Origin: an uncultured Alphaproteobacteria bacterium
Lineage (GTDB): Bacteria > Pseudomonadota > Alphaproteobacteria > Sphingomonadales > Sphingomonadaceae
Reading direction: 5' to 3'
NCBI GenBank assembly: GCA_963829625.1
Contig: CAWHJH010000005.1
Location: 1,861 to 65,860 of the forward strand
Length of the DNA: 64,000 nucleotides
The number at the start of each line of letters is the position of its first letter. Position 1 is the stretch's first letter. The translations under genes were made by a program, and so were the position numbers. This document shows positions 50,412 through 60,406 of the stretch, one piece after another. The notes below the pieces were generated by a model that did not search any database, had not been told where the DNA came from, and worked only from the letters and a program-made list of their open reading frames with translations.

Positions 50412-51746
50412 ATGAAGACGACAACTCTGCCTCGACCCCCGCGCGTGGGCCTGGTGTCGCTTGGCTGTCCCAAGGCTCTGGTGGACAGCGAGCGGATCAT
50501 CACCAAACTGCGTGCCGACGGATATCAGATGTCCCCCGACTATGCGGGCGCGGACGTCGTGCTGGTGAACACCTGCGGCTTCCTCGATTCCGCCAAGGAA
50601 GAAAGCCTGGAAGCGATCGGCGAGGCCATCGCGGAGAACGGCCGCGTGGTCGTGACGGGCTGCATGGGTAATGAGGCGGACGTCATCCGCCAGCGCTTCC
50701 CGGACGTGCTCGCCGTCACCGGGCCGCAGCAGTACGAGGCAGTGGTTTCGGCGGTCCACGACGCTGCTCCGCCGGCTGCCTCGCCCTACATCGACCTTGT
50801 GCCCGAAGCGGGCCTGAAGCTCACGCCGCGGCATTACAGCTATTTGAAGATCTCAGAGGGCTGCAATCACCGCTGCAGCTTCTGCATCATCCCAAGCATT
50901 CGCGGCGATCTTGCCAGCCGACGTCCCGACGCCGTCCTCCGCGAGGCGGAGAAGCTGGTCGAAGCGGGCACGAGGGAGCTGCTGGTGATCAGCCAGGACA
51001 CGTCGGCCTATGGCGTCGACATCCGCCACCAGCCCCGCACATGGAAGGGCGAAGAAGTCCGCGCCCACATGACCGACCTGGCCCGCGAGCTCGGCAAGCT
51101 CGGCGCCTGGGTGCGCCTGCATTACGTCTACCCTTACCCGCACGTCGATCAGGTCATCCCACTGATGGCCGAGGGGCTGGTCCTCCCCTACCTCGACATT
51201 CCGTTCCAGCACGCGAGCCCGAAAGTGCTCCGTTCGATGAAGCGACCCGCCAACGAAGCCAAGGTCCTGGAGCGGCTGAAGAGTTGGCGCTCGATCGTGC
51301 CGGACATGGCCGTCCGCTCCTCGTTCGTCGTGGGGTTCCCCGGCGAGACCGAGGAGGACTTCGAGTATCTCCTGAATTGGCTCGAGGAAGCCCAGCTCGA
51401 CCGCGTCGGCGCCTTCAAGTTCGAGCCGGTGCAGGGTGCCGCCGCAAACGCCCTCCCCGACCATGTGCCGGACGAGGTGAAGCAGGAGCGGTACGAGCGC
51501 GTCATGGCGCTTTCCGCCCGAATCTCCGCCGAGAAGCTTCGCGCGAAGGTGGGCCGGACGCTCGACGTGCTGATCGACAGCGTGGACTCCGAGACCGGCG
51601 GCGCAACCGGCAGGTCGAAGGCCGATGCGCCGGAGATCGACGGCGAGGCGCACTTGCGCGATGCCGGCCACTTGTCGCCCGGCGACATCGTCCCCGTCCG
51701 CATCGAGGACAGCGACGAACACGATCTTTACGGCGTTCCCGCCTGA
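50412..51746 (+). CDS. rimO: Ribosomal protein S12 methylthiotransferase
   Basis: [25 protein letters not shown] radical SAM motif, [12 protein letters not shown] domain. Confidence 0.97.
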   Translation: MKTTTLPRPPRVGLVSLGCPKALVDSERIITKLRADGYQMSPDYAGADVVLVNTCGFLDSAKEESLEAIGEAIAENGRVVVTGCMGNEADVIRQRFPDVLAVTGPQQYEAVVSAVHDAAPPAASPYIDLVPEAGLKLTPRHYSYLKISEGCNHRCSFCIIPSIRGDLASRRPDAVLREAEKLVEAGTRELLVISQDTSAYGVDIRHQPRTWKGEEVRAHMTDLARELGKLGAWVRLHYVYPYPHVDQVIPLMAEGLVLPYLDIPFQHASPKVLRSMKRPANEAKVLERLKSWRSIVPDMAVRSSFVVGFPGETEEDFEYLLNWLEEAQLDRVGAFKFEPVQGAAANALPDHVPDEVKQERYERVMALSARISAEKLRAKVGRTLDVLIDSVDSETGGATGRSKADAPEIDGEAHLRDAGHLSPGDIVPVRIEDSDEHDLYGVPA

Positions 51747-51786
51747 GCAAGCTCGGTTCGCCCGAGGGCAATTCTGGGCCGAAGTC

Positions 51787-52266
51787 TTAGTCGCGCTTTT
51801 TCGTCAGCTGATCGATCGCCTTGTCGACCACGCGCGTCATGCGCTTGATCGCAAAGGACAGCGCCTCGAGTTCGATGCGGGCCTTTTCGACGGTCTCGAA
51901 GCTGGCCAACGGGAGCCGCTGCGACGGGCTGCTCAGTAATGCAGCGCTGACCGCGCCGGTGGAGATGGGCTCCTTGAAGCGGCAGCCGAAGAAGCGGCCG
52001 CTGCTGCTCCACGCGACTTCCGCCTGGACGATGCCGGCCCCTGGAATGTCGACCTCCAGGATTTCGCCCTGTGAAAGCGGGATCGGGCTCTCGACCAGCA
52101 GGCCGTCTTCCGACAGGTCGTGGACCGTGACTTTCGTTTCTGCCGTCGAAGCGCTGCCCTCGGCCTCGAGGCGTAGTCTGCGCCGCTGTTTTGTCCGCCG
52201 CTCGCCCTGCCTAGGTTCGACGTCAAGCTGGGCACGCAGAGACATGGTGGGAAGTTGGCTTGTCAT
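51787..52266 (-). CDS. PilZ-domain protein with C-terminal coiled coil
   Basis: RRTKQR and DLSEDG motifs, W...FGC.F. Confidence 0.82.
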   Translation of the reverse strand: MTSQLPTMSLRAQLDVEPRQGERRTKQRRRLRLEAEGSASTAETKVTVHDLSEDGLLVESPIPLSQGEILEVDIPGAGIVQAEVAWSSSGRFFGCRFKEPISTGAVSAALLSSPSQRLPLASFETVEKARIELEALSFAIKRMTRVVDKAIDQLTKKRD

Positions 52267-52268
52267 GG

Positions 52269-52284
52269 CTAAGAATGGGTTAAC
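52269..52284. promoter_or_regulatory. Putative CtrA box
   Basis: CTAA-GAATGGG-TTAAC. Confidence 0.5.
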
Positions 52285-52351
52285 ACACTCACCCGCCTAA
52301 CGCTCCCTGCGGCATTTCACCCCATCGAGCATATCGCTAAGGCATCAGCCG

Positions 52352-53749
52352 ATGACCGAACCCGCTTCCCTGCTCGTCGCCGACCGCGGCCAAAAGGCCC
52401 ATCCGATCCACCTCGTCGACAAGAACAGCTTTGAAAGCTGGGCGAAAACCCGCCCGGCTGAAGATCGGACGCTTCTCAAGGCCCACCGCTTCGACGGGAA
52501 GTCCGGTTTCGCTTTCGTGATCCTTCCCCGCAAGGGCGACGAGTTCGAAGTGGTTTCAGCGGTTGTGGACGCGCGTGAGCTGTCTCCGTGGTGCCTGGCG
52601 AAGCTCGGTGAGAGCCTGCCCGAAGGGACCTATAAACTGGCCGACGGTGAACCGGGGCCGGCGGCGCTCGGCTGGCTTCTGGCCCAGCATCGCTTCGACG
52701 CCTACCGCGCGAGGAAGTCGGATGAGCCCGATCGGGGCCCGCGGGTGCTCGTTACGGGCGAACCGGCAAAGATCGATCCCATAGTCCGCGAGGCGAAGGC
52801 AGTGGCCCTCGTCCGCGACCTTGTGAACACGCCGGCCGGCGATCTCGGACCGGGCGCGCTCGAACAAGCCGTTCGCATGGAGGCCGAGCGGATCGGGGCA
52901 GAGGTGCGGGTGACGTCCGGCGACGAGCTCGACAAAGGCTATCCGCTCATTGCGGCGGTCGGACGCGCCGCATCGAAAAAGAATGCGCCGCGGCTGATAG
53001 AGCTCGAATGGGGTGACCCGAAGAATCCTCGGGTCGCGATCGTCGGCAAGGGCGTCTGCTTCGACAGCGGAGGACTGGACATCAAGCCGGCAAACGGGAT
53101 GCGGCTGATGAAGAAGGACATGGGCGGCGCAGCCCATGCGCTCGCGTTGGCGACCCTCATTGCCGACGCTCGATTGCCGATCCGCTTTCACCTTTTGATC
53201 CCGGCCGTGGAGAATGCGATCGCCGGTGATGCGCTTCGCCCGGGCGACATCGTGAAATCGCGCCAGGGCCTCCACGTTGAGATCGACAATACGGACGCGG
53301 AGGGCCGTTTGATCCTCGCCGACGCCCTCACCAGGGCAGGCGAGAGTGAGCCCGAGCTGATCCTCGACTTCGCGACCCTGACGGGCGCCGCCCGAGTCGC
53401 GCTTGGGCCGGACCTGCCGGCGCTGTTTTCGAATGACGATGGTCTTGCCGACGAGATGGCGAAGGCGGGCAAGGATTCGACAGACCCGGTGTGGCGGATG
53501 CCGATCTGGGATGCCTATGACGAAATGCTCAAGAGCGACATCGCCGATTTGGCGAATGCGGCTGGGTCTCCCATGGCCGGTGCGGTGGTCGCGGCCATGT
53601 TTCTCAAGCGCTTTGTGCCCAAGGATACGCCTTGGGCGCATTTCGACACCTATGCCTGGCGAGACAAAGGAAAACCGGGCCGTCCGAAGGGGGGTGAAGC
53701 GCTAGGCCTGAGGGCGGTTTTCACCGTTCTGTCAGAACGTTACGGCTGA
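52352..53749 (+). CDS. M17 leucyl aminopeptidase family protein
   Basis: VGKGVCFDSGG, MKKDMGG, NTDAEGRL, ATLTGA. Confidence 0.95.
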   Translation: MTEPASLLVADRGQKAHPIHLVDKNSFESWAKTRPAEDRTLLKAHRFDGKSGFAFVILPRKGDEFEVVSAVVDARELSPWCLAKLGESLPEGTYKLADGEPGPAALGWLLAQHRFDAYRARKSDEPDRGPRVLVTGEPAKIDPIVREAKAVALVRDLVNTPAGDLGPGALEQAVRMEAERIGAEVRVTSGDELDKGYPLIAAVGRAASKKNAPRLIELEWGDPKNPRVAIVGKGVCFDSGGLDIKPANGMRLMKKDMGGAAHALALATLIADARLPIRFHLLIPAVENAIAGDALRPGDIVKSRQGLHVEIDNTDAEGRLILADALTRAGESEPELILDFATLTGAARVALGPDLPALFSNDDGLADEMAKAGKDSTDPVWRMPIWDAYDEMLKSDIADLANAAGSPMAGAVVAAMFLKRFVPKDTPWAHFDTYAWRDKGKPGRPKGGEALGLRAVFTVLSERYG

Positions 53750-53875
53750 CCGCAACCGCCAAATCCCGACCGGTTCCTTCGAGTTTTCTATTTTTGTTCC
53801 GGACCGGCACTGCAACAATTCGGCCACTCACCGGTTTACTTCGCGGTCACGGTACCGACGGGAGAGAGAGCCGCA

Positions 53876-54256
53876 ATGGGCGACGAATCGCTGGCTGGCT
53901 GGATGCGGGCATTGATAGCCTATGTCCGTTCCGGCGAGCCGGACCTTACGAACCGCCAGATGGCGCTTCTGATGCTGGTCTACCTGACGCCAGGTCCGCA
54001 TACGGTGCGCGGACTTGCCAAGGTCCTGGGCGTTTCGAAGCCGGTGGTCACGCGCGCCTTGAACACTCTAGGCGCCCTTGGCTATCTGCGCCGCGAGCGA
54101 GATCAGGACGACCGCCGCAATGTCTTCGTCGTCCGCACCAGCAACGGGGCTGATTTTCTTGAAGGGTTCAAACGAAATCTCCGAGAGAGCGACCGGGTCG
54201 CCTCCTCTCACCGGCCAATCATCGGACAACAGCCCGCCTTCGCGCATCAGCGCTGA
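53876..54256 (+). CDS. MarR-family transcriptional regulator
   Basis: DLTNRQMA, TVRGLA...SKPVVTRAL, DRRNV. Confidence 0.9.
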   Translation: MGDESLAGWMRALIAYVRSGEPDLTNRQMALLMLVYLTPGPHTVRGLAKVLGVSKPVVTRALNTLGALGYLRRERDQDDRRNVFVVRTSNGADFLEGFKRNLRESDRVASSHRPIIGQQPAFAHQR

Positions 54257-54560
54257 CGAATTCGCGATTTCCGGACGGTCGAACCCGCCCGATCCGAAGT
54301 CCAACGCTTACCGACCGGACTTGGCAGACGTCGCCCTCGCCGGGCGAGTCATCGCGTCCCACTATGCCGAGCCGATCGGAAAGACGGTGATCGCCAGCGC
54401 GCCGCTTCGTCTTGCTCCCTCCAACGATTCAGAGGAGCTTGCGGAACTCGCGAAGGACGACCCGTTCAGCCTGCTCGACGACACTTTGGGCTGGGCCTGG
54501 GGCTACGCCGGTCGGGACCGGATCGTGGGTTACGTGCGGGCCGAGGCGCTCGGCGCCTAG
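54159..54560 (+). CDS. SH3-domain protein resembling the N-terminal part of alphaproteobacterial NlpC/P60 proteins (start uncertain)
   Basis: DP...AYRPDLAD..LAG...HYA, GWAWG...VGYV. Confidence 0.7.
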   Translation: MKGSNEISERATGSPPLTGQSSDNSPPSRISADEFAISGRSNPPDPKSNAYRPDLADVALAGRVIASHYAEPIGKTVIASAPLRLAPSNDSEELAELAKDDPFSLLDDTLGWAWGYAGRDRIVGYVRAEALGA

Positions 54561-55523
54561 CTACATCTCGCCGCGCTGACGGCGGATGGCATACCAGCGC
54601 TTCACATTGGCCTGGTGCTGCTGGAACGTCTCGGCGAACACATGCCCGCCGGTGCCGTCCGCCACGAAATAGATGGCTTTCGTGTCCGCGGGGTTCATCA
54701 CTGCCGCGATGCTTTCGCGCCCCGGATTGGCGATCGGTCCTAGCGGCAGACCCGGCTGGCGGTAGGTGTTGTAACCTGTCTGCGCCATCAGTTCAGACCG
54801 GCGGATCCGGCGTCCAAGCGGCTTGCCCTTGGTGATCGGATAAATGACCGTCGGGTCGGCATCGAGCTTCATGCCGATGCGCAGGCGGTTGCAATAGACG
54901 CCCGCGACCATTCGCCGCTCAGACGCCTTGCCCGTTTCTTTCTCGACGATCGATGCCAGCGTCACGATCTCCGTGCGCGAGGCGACTGGGCACTTGCCGC
55001 TGTTCTTCGGAATGAGCTGATCGAGCGTCTTGGTCATCGCGGACTGCATTCGCCGGACAACGGCCCCTCTCTCCTCGCCGCGCTCATATCCGTAGCTGTC
55101 GGGAAGGACCGTGCCCTCCCCGATCGGCGGTACTGCACCCGCCAGGAACGCGTTCGCCGCGAGCTTCTCCGCGACGATGATCGAGGGCATCCCTTCGGTT
55201 ACCGTGATAAGGCGCTGGATGGGCCGTCCGTGCTGCAACAGGTCGAGAACGGCGGAGCCACTGGCCCCTTTCGGGATCTCGAACTCCCCGGCCTGGATCG
55301 GATCAGACGAGCCGAACAAGCGGGACAGATAATTCCATTCCGGCCCAAGGCCATCGATCGCGCCATGATAGGCGAGGATCTCCGAGGCCTGGCCAAGCGT
55401 GGCTCCATCCGGAATCTCGACCGTCGCGGGCTTGGCGAGCGGCCCCGGCCCCCACCATTGCCAGCCTGTGTAAGCGAACGCGGCGACGAAGATTGCCGCA
55501 AGCGCCAGCTCCAGCTTTCTCAC
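54561..55523 (-). CDS. mltG: Endolytic transglycosylase MltG
   Basis: LASIVEKET, NRL..GMKL.ADPTVIY, YNTY...GLP.GPIANPG, YFVADG. Confidence 0.95.
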   Translation of the reverse strand: MRKLELALAAIFVAAFAYTGWQWWGPGPLAKPATVEIPDGATLGQASEILAYHGAIDGLGPEWNYLSRLFGSSDPIQAGEFEIPKGASGSAVLDLLQHGRPIQRLITVTEGMPSIIVAEKLAANAFLAGAVPPIGEGTVLPDSYGYERGEERGAVVRRMQSAMTKTLDQLIPKNSGKCPVASRTEIVTLASIVEKETGKASERRMVAGVYCNRLRIGMKLDADPTVIYPITKGKPLGRRIRRSELMAQTGYNTYRQPGLPLGPIANPGRESIAAVMNPADTKAIYFVADGTGGHVFAETFQQHQANVKRWYAIRRQRGEM

Positions 55524-56782
55524 ACGGCCTTCATGATGAGGCTGGCGTTGGTGCCACCAAAGCCGAAGCTGTTGTTCAGGACGGCACGGACAGGCCGCTC
55601 CTTCGCCTTATGCGGCACGAGATCGACGCCCGCGGTGCCCTCGCCCGGATTGTCGAGGTTGAGCGTCGGCGGGACGATCTGGTCGCGCAGAGCAAGGATG
55701 CAGAAGATGCTCTCGACCGCACCGGCGCCGCCCAGCAGGTGGCCGATCGCCGACTTGGTCGAGCTCATCGAAAGGCTGCCGATCGCATTGCCGAACAGCC
55801 TGCGAACCGCGCCAAGCTCCAGCTCGTCGCCGAGCGGGGTCGAGGTCCCGTGGGCATTGATGTAATCGATGTCGGTCGGCTGGAGCCCCGACTTCTTGAG
55901 CGCCATCTCCATGGAGCGATAGGCACCCGAGCCTTCGGGATGCGGCGCCGTCACGTGATAGGCATCACCCGAGAGCCCGTAGCCGACCACCTCGGCGTAG
56001 ATCTTCGCGCCGCGGCGCTTCGCATGCTCATATTCCTCAAGCACGACAACGCCTGCGCCCTCGCCCATGACAAAGCCGTCGCGGTCCTTGTCGTAAGGGC
56101 GGCTCGCCTTTTCAGGCTGGTCGTTGAAATTGGTCGATAGCGCGCGGGCCTGAGCGAATCCGGCGATGCCGATAGGGCATATGGTCGCTTCCGCACCGCC
56201 CGCGAGCATGATGTCCGCGTCGTCGTCCTTGATCATGCGAGCGGCGTCACCGATCGAATGCGCACCGGTCGAGCATGCGGTGACGACTGCGTGGTTGGGA
56301 CCCATCAGGCCGTATTTGATCGAGACCTGCCCGGAGACGAGGTTGATCAGGCGCCCATGGACGAAGTGCGGGCTGACCCGGCCCGGCCCCTTCTCCGCCA
56401 GGACCAGGCTCTCGCTCTCGATGCCCGGAAGGCCGCCGATGCCCGAACCGATCGACACGCCTGCACGCAGACGCATCTCTTCGGGCATGTCGGTCAGGCC
56501 GGCATCCTCGATGGCCTGTCCCGCGGCGTCGATCCCATAGACGATGAAGGGGTCGACCTGGCGCTGGATCTTGTGGTCGACGCGCTTGCCGGGATCGAAG
56601 CCATATTCGTGGTCGGCCGGCTTCACTTCGCAGGCGATGCGGCACTTCTGGTTGCTGGCGTCGAAATGCGTGATCGGGCCTGCACCGCTCTTGCTCGCGA
56701 GGATGTTCTTCCAGGTCGTCTCGACGTCGCCCCCAAGCGGCGTCACGAGACCCAGACCAGTGACCACGACACGGCGCATCAT
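55520..56782 (-). CDS. fabF: Beta-ketoacyl-ACP synthase II
   Basis: RRVVVTGLG, TACSTG, NAHGTST, GHLLGGAG, NSFGFGG. Confidence 0.97.
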   Translation of the reverse strand: MMRRVVVTGLGLVTPLGGDVETTWKNILASKSGAGPITHFDASNQKCRIACEVKPADHEYGFDPGKRVDHKIQRQVDPFIVYGIDAAGQAIEDAGLTDMPEEMRLRAGVSIGSGIGGLPGIESESLVLAEKGPGRVSPHFVHGRLINLVSGQVSIKYGLMGPNHAVVTACSTGAHSIGDAARMIKDDDADIMLAGGAEATICPIGIAGFAQARALSTNFNDQPEKASRPYDKDRDGFVMGEGAGVVVLEEYEHAKRRGAKIYAEVVGYGLSGDAYHVTAPHPEGSGAYRSMEMALKKSGLQPTDIDYINAHGTSTPLGDELELGAVRRLFGNAIGSLSMSSTKSAIGHLLGGAGAVESIFCILALRDQIVPPTLNLDNPGEGTAGVDLVPHKAKERPVRAVLNNSFGFGGTNASLIMKAV

Positions 56783-56802
56783 CTCACTCCACGATAAGCA
56801 TC

Positions 56803-56841
56803 AAAAACAAACGGCCTCCCGACAGGCTGCGGGAAGCCGTT
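56803..56841 (-). terminator. Terminator/attenuator after acpP
   Basis: AACGGCTTCCCG-cagcctgt-CGGGAGGCCGTT-TGTTTTT on the minus strand. Confidence 0.75.
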
Positions 56842-56886
56842 CGTGCCGCCAGAAAAAGGCCTGCCGGCGGCAGAATTCGGACCCGG

Positions 56887-57123
56887 TCAGCCCTTGTTCT
56901 GCTCGATATAATCGATCGCGTCCTTCACGGTGCTGATCTTCTCGGCCGCATCGTCAGGGATTTCGACGCTAAACTCTTCCTCAAAGGCCATGACCAGCTC
57001 GACGATGTCGAGGCTGTCCGCGCCGAGATCGTCGATGAAGCTCGCGTCCTCGGTGACCTTGTCCTGCTCGACACCCAGATGTTCGACGACGATCTTCTTC
57101 ACTCGATCGGCAGTCTCGCTCAT
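56887..57123 (-). CDS. acpP: Acyl carrier protein
   Basis: [20 protein letters not shown]. Confidence 0.98.
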   Translation of the reverse strand: MSETADRVKKIVVEHLGVEQDKVTEDASFIDDLGADSLDIVELVMAFEEEFSVEIPDDAAEKISTVKDAIDYIEQNKG

Positions 57124-57201
57124 GGAACCTTCCTCCGTTTTGTTCTGAATTTGCGCCTGCCCTAGCCCCGCTGGGATTGTCCGGCAAGTAGCGGGACGCT
57201 T

Positions 57202-57273
57202 GTCATTGCGAGCTCAGCGAAGCAATCCAGCGGCATATGGATCGCTCCGCAGTCTTCGCTCATCCGCAATGAC
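57202..57273. repeat. Alphaproteobacterial palindromic element (GTCATTGCG...CGCAATGAC; RPE/REP-like)
   Basis: Perfect 9-bp terminal inverted repeat with internal GAAGCAATCCA / TGGATCGCTCC arms. Confidence 0.75.
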
Positions 57274-57742
57274 GAATGGCCGTAATTCCCGCCCACTGAC
57301 TGCTGGAGAGATCGAGCTTGCCCGTTCGGTCTTCGGAGACGCGATCGATTACGGCCAAGTGCGGATGATCCGGCGTAAATGGTGGCCGTTTCATCCGCGC
57401 AGCGTGGCCATGGCCCCGACCGGGAACATCCATTTCCATCCGCATTCCGACCTGTGGTCCGACGATTTCAGCCGCGAGCCGCTGCATCGGCAAGGCCTTT
57501 TCATCCATGAGCTGACCCATGTCTGGCAGACGCAGAAGCGCGGCCGCTTCTACCTGCCGCTGATGCGACACCCCTTCTGTCGTTATAGCTATGCCCTGGA
57601 GCCCGGACGGCGCTTCGAGGACTATGGCCTTGAGCAACAAGCCGAAATCGTCCGCCACCGCTTCCTGGCCGACCGCGGGCGAGCTCCGCCGGTCTGTCCG
57701 CCGCGCGAGATTCTGCCGTTTTCCGCAGATTTTGGGCTGTAG
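57269..57742 (+). CDS. 'Vgr-related' HExxH putative metallopeptidase (may start at 57200)
   Basis: RPLT.GE..LA..VFGDAIDY, AMAP.G.I.F, FIHELTHVWQ, YGLEQQAEI. Confidence 0.8.
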   Translation: MTNGRNSRPLTAGEIELARSVFGDAIDYGQVRMIRRKWWPFHPRSVAMAPTGNIHFHPHSDLWSDDFSREPLHRQGLFIHELTHVWQTQKRGRFYLPLMRHPFCRYSYALEPGRRFEDYGLEQQAEIVRHRFLADRGRAPPVCPPREILPFSADFGL

Positions 57743-57853
57743 CCGGCGGGCAACACAGCAGCGACAAAGCTGTCACGCCGCGTCGCGCGCGCTTCCAATA
57801 ACCGAGGTTAGGCATAATCATTACGGCTCCGCGCCAATAAAGGGGTCTTTACG

Positions 57854-60401
57854 ATGCGCACTTCGGCTTATCTGCTGATCGGCACCGCTGCCGTCGCACT
57901 CTCCACTCAGTCGCTCGCTCAGACGACCCAGGAAGATACGGCTCAGGCCGCCAACCAGCCCCAAGCGGCGCAGACCGGCGGCGACGAGATCATCGTGACG
58001 GCCACGAAGCGCGCCACGAGGGTCCAGGACGTTCCCTTCTCCATCAACGCGCAGACGGAGGAAGACCTCCGGCGCGCCAACGCCCAGACGATCGAGGACA
58101 TCAGCCGCAACGTCGCGGGCCTCACCGTGCAGAACCTGGGGCCGGGCCAGAGCCAGGTTTCAGTGCGTGGCGTCTCGGCCGGCCAGATCGCCCGCGATCA
58201 GCCCGGCGTGAAGGAACAGGTCGGCATCTATCTCGACGAGACGATCACTTCGCTCTCGCTGTTCACGCCTGACTTCGATCTGTTCGACCTGAACCGCGTC
58301 GAGACGCTTCGCGGCCCGCAGGGCACTTTGTTCGGCGCGGGCAGCGTCGGCGGCACAATCCGCTACATCACCAACCAGCCGAACGTCGACGCCATGGAAG
58401 GCGCGATCGAAAGCGATATCAACGTCCTGAAGGGCGGCGACTTCGGCTATGGCCTGAAAGGTGCGATCAACGTGCCGCTCGGCCAGACTGCAGCGTTGCG
58501 CGTCGTCGGTTACGGGACGCACTTCGGCGGATTCATCGATGCGGTCGGACCGCTCGACAAGGAGAACGTCAACGACGGCGACCGCATCGGCGGCCGCGCG
58601 TCGCTGCTCTTCCAGCCGACGCCCGAGTTCAAGATCACGCCGCGCGTCGCCTATCAGAAGGTCGAAGCCGGCGGGTTCAACCGCGAGGACCATTACATCC
58701 TCTTCGACAATCAGTTCACGACGACGGGCGGCGACCTGATTGGCAAACGCACGCAATATCTGAACTTCCGCGAGAAATTCCGCGACAAGACCTTCCTCGC
58801 CGATCTCGTCGCGAGCTACGATTTCGGTCCCGTCGAACTCACCTCGGCGACCAGCTACGTGAAGCGCGACATCCTCGTGAGCCGCGATGCTTCAGCGCTG
58901 ACCGACTCGATCAACATCAGCTTCGGATTCCCGGCCGCTGGTATCCCGCTGCCGTCGAACCTGCGCGACACGACGGATCTCAAGCAGTTCACGCAGGAAT
59001 TGCGTCTGGCTTCAACGGGTTCCGGCCCGTTCCAGTGGGTCTTCGGTGGCTTCTATTCGAAGGTCGACCGCAAATATGAGCAGCGCCTACCAACGCCCGG
59101 CTGGGACTCCTTCGGTGGTCCGGACACCGGGTCTTTCATCATCCCGGATAATCCCTACCACGCCGATCTGCCTTACGACATCAAGCAGAAGGCCCTCTTC
59201 GGCGAGGCGAGCTATGACTTCGGTCAGTTCAAGCTGACCGGCGGCGGGCGTTACTACAAATTCAACGAAGAGCGCGACTTCATCTCGGGCGGACAGTTCT
59301 CCGACCATTTCATCTCTTTCGGCGACAAGACGAGCTCGAACGGCTTCTCGCCGCGCGTGATCGGGACCTGGGAACCGACCAACTACCTAAGCGTCAACGT
59401 GCAGGCCGCGAAGGGCTTCCGCCTCGGCGGCATCAACGATCCGCTCAACGTTCCGCTGTGCACGTCCGGCGGATCTTGCCACCTTTGGCGGGCTCGGCGC
59501 GTATGACGATGAGACGCTCTGGAACTACGAAGCCGGCGTCAAATATTCGAGGAACGGCATCACGTTCAATTCGGCGGTGTTCCACAACGAAATCCGCGAT
59601 TTGCAGGTCACTCTAACCGCCGGCAGCTGCTCGTCACGCGTGGTGCTCAACGTGCCGAAGGCGCACTCGAGGGGCATTGAGGCCGAATTTGCCGTAAACC
59701 CGCTGCCGGGGCTCGAATTCTCGGTAAACGCCAACGTCCAGAAGGCGGAGTTCGACTCCACCGTCGTTGCCGGTAGCGGCGCGATCATCGGCGGCATTGA
59801 AAAGGGCAATCGCCTGCCGACCGTGCCAAAGTTCCAGTTCGCAGCAGTCGCGACCTACGGTGGTCCGTTGAGCGACAGCATCGACTGGTCGATCACCGGC
59901 AGCGTGCAACATATCGGCAACCGCTGGGGCGAGCCCGCAGACCAGGTGCCCGGCTCCGGATTAGTTGGAAACGCATTGTGGTTCGATCCGGTGACCAATA
60001 CCTTCGGCTCCGGGATCAACGACATCGGCTCGCTGAAGCTGCCCTCGTACACGATCGCCAACCTGTCGGCGAACGTGACCTGGCTGAACGGTCTGGACTT
60101 CACGCTCTATGCGAAGAACCTGTTCGACACGAACCCCAAGCTCTCGATCGATCGCGAGCGCGGGCTGCGTGCACGCTTCGGTTACCTGATCGGCCAACCC
60201 CGTACCATCGGTCTGACCGCGCGGTACAAGTTCCGTGAGGCAGGAGTTGTCGAGGCTCCGCCGCCGCCGCCACCCCCACCGCCTCCGCCGCCTCCGGCGA
60301 CGCAGACGTGCGCGGACGGGTCGGTGGTGCTGGCGACTGAGACCTGCCCGGTCCCGCCGCCTCCGCCGCCTCCGCCGCCTCCGGCTCCGGAACGCGGCTG
60401 A
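57854..60401 (+). CDS. TonB-dependent receptor with C-terminal Pro/Cys tail (frameshift near 59465)
   Basis: Signal peptide, EIIVTATKR TonB box, RVETLRGPQGTLFG plug, GFRLGG.N / ETLWNYEAG across the shift, NLFD...PRTIGLTARYKF. Confidence 0.92.
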
Positions 60402-60406
60402 ACGGA

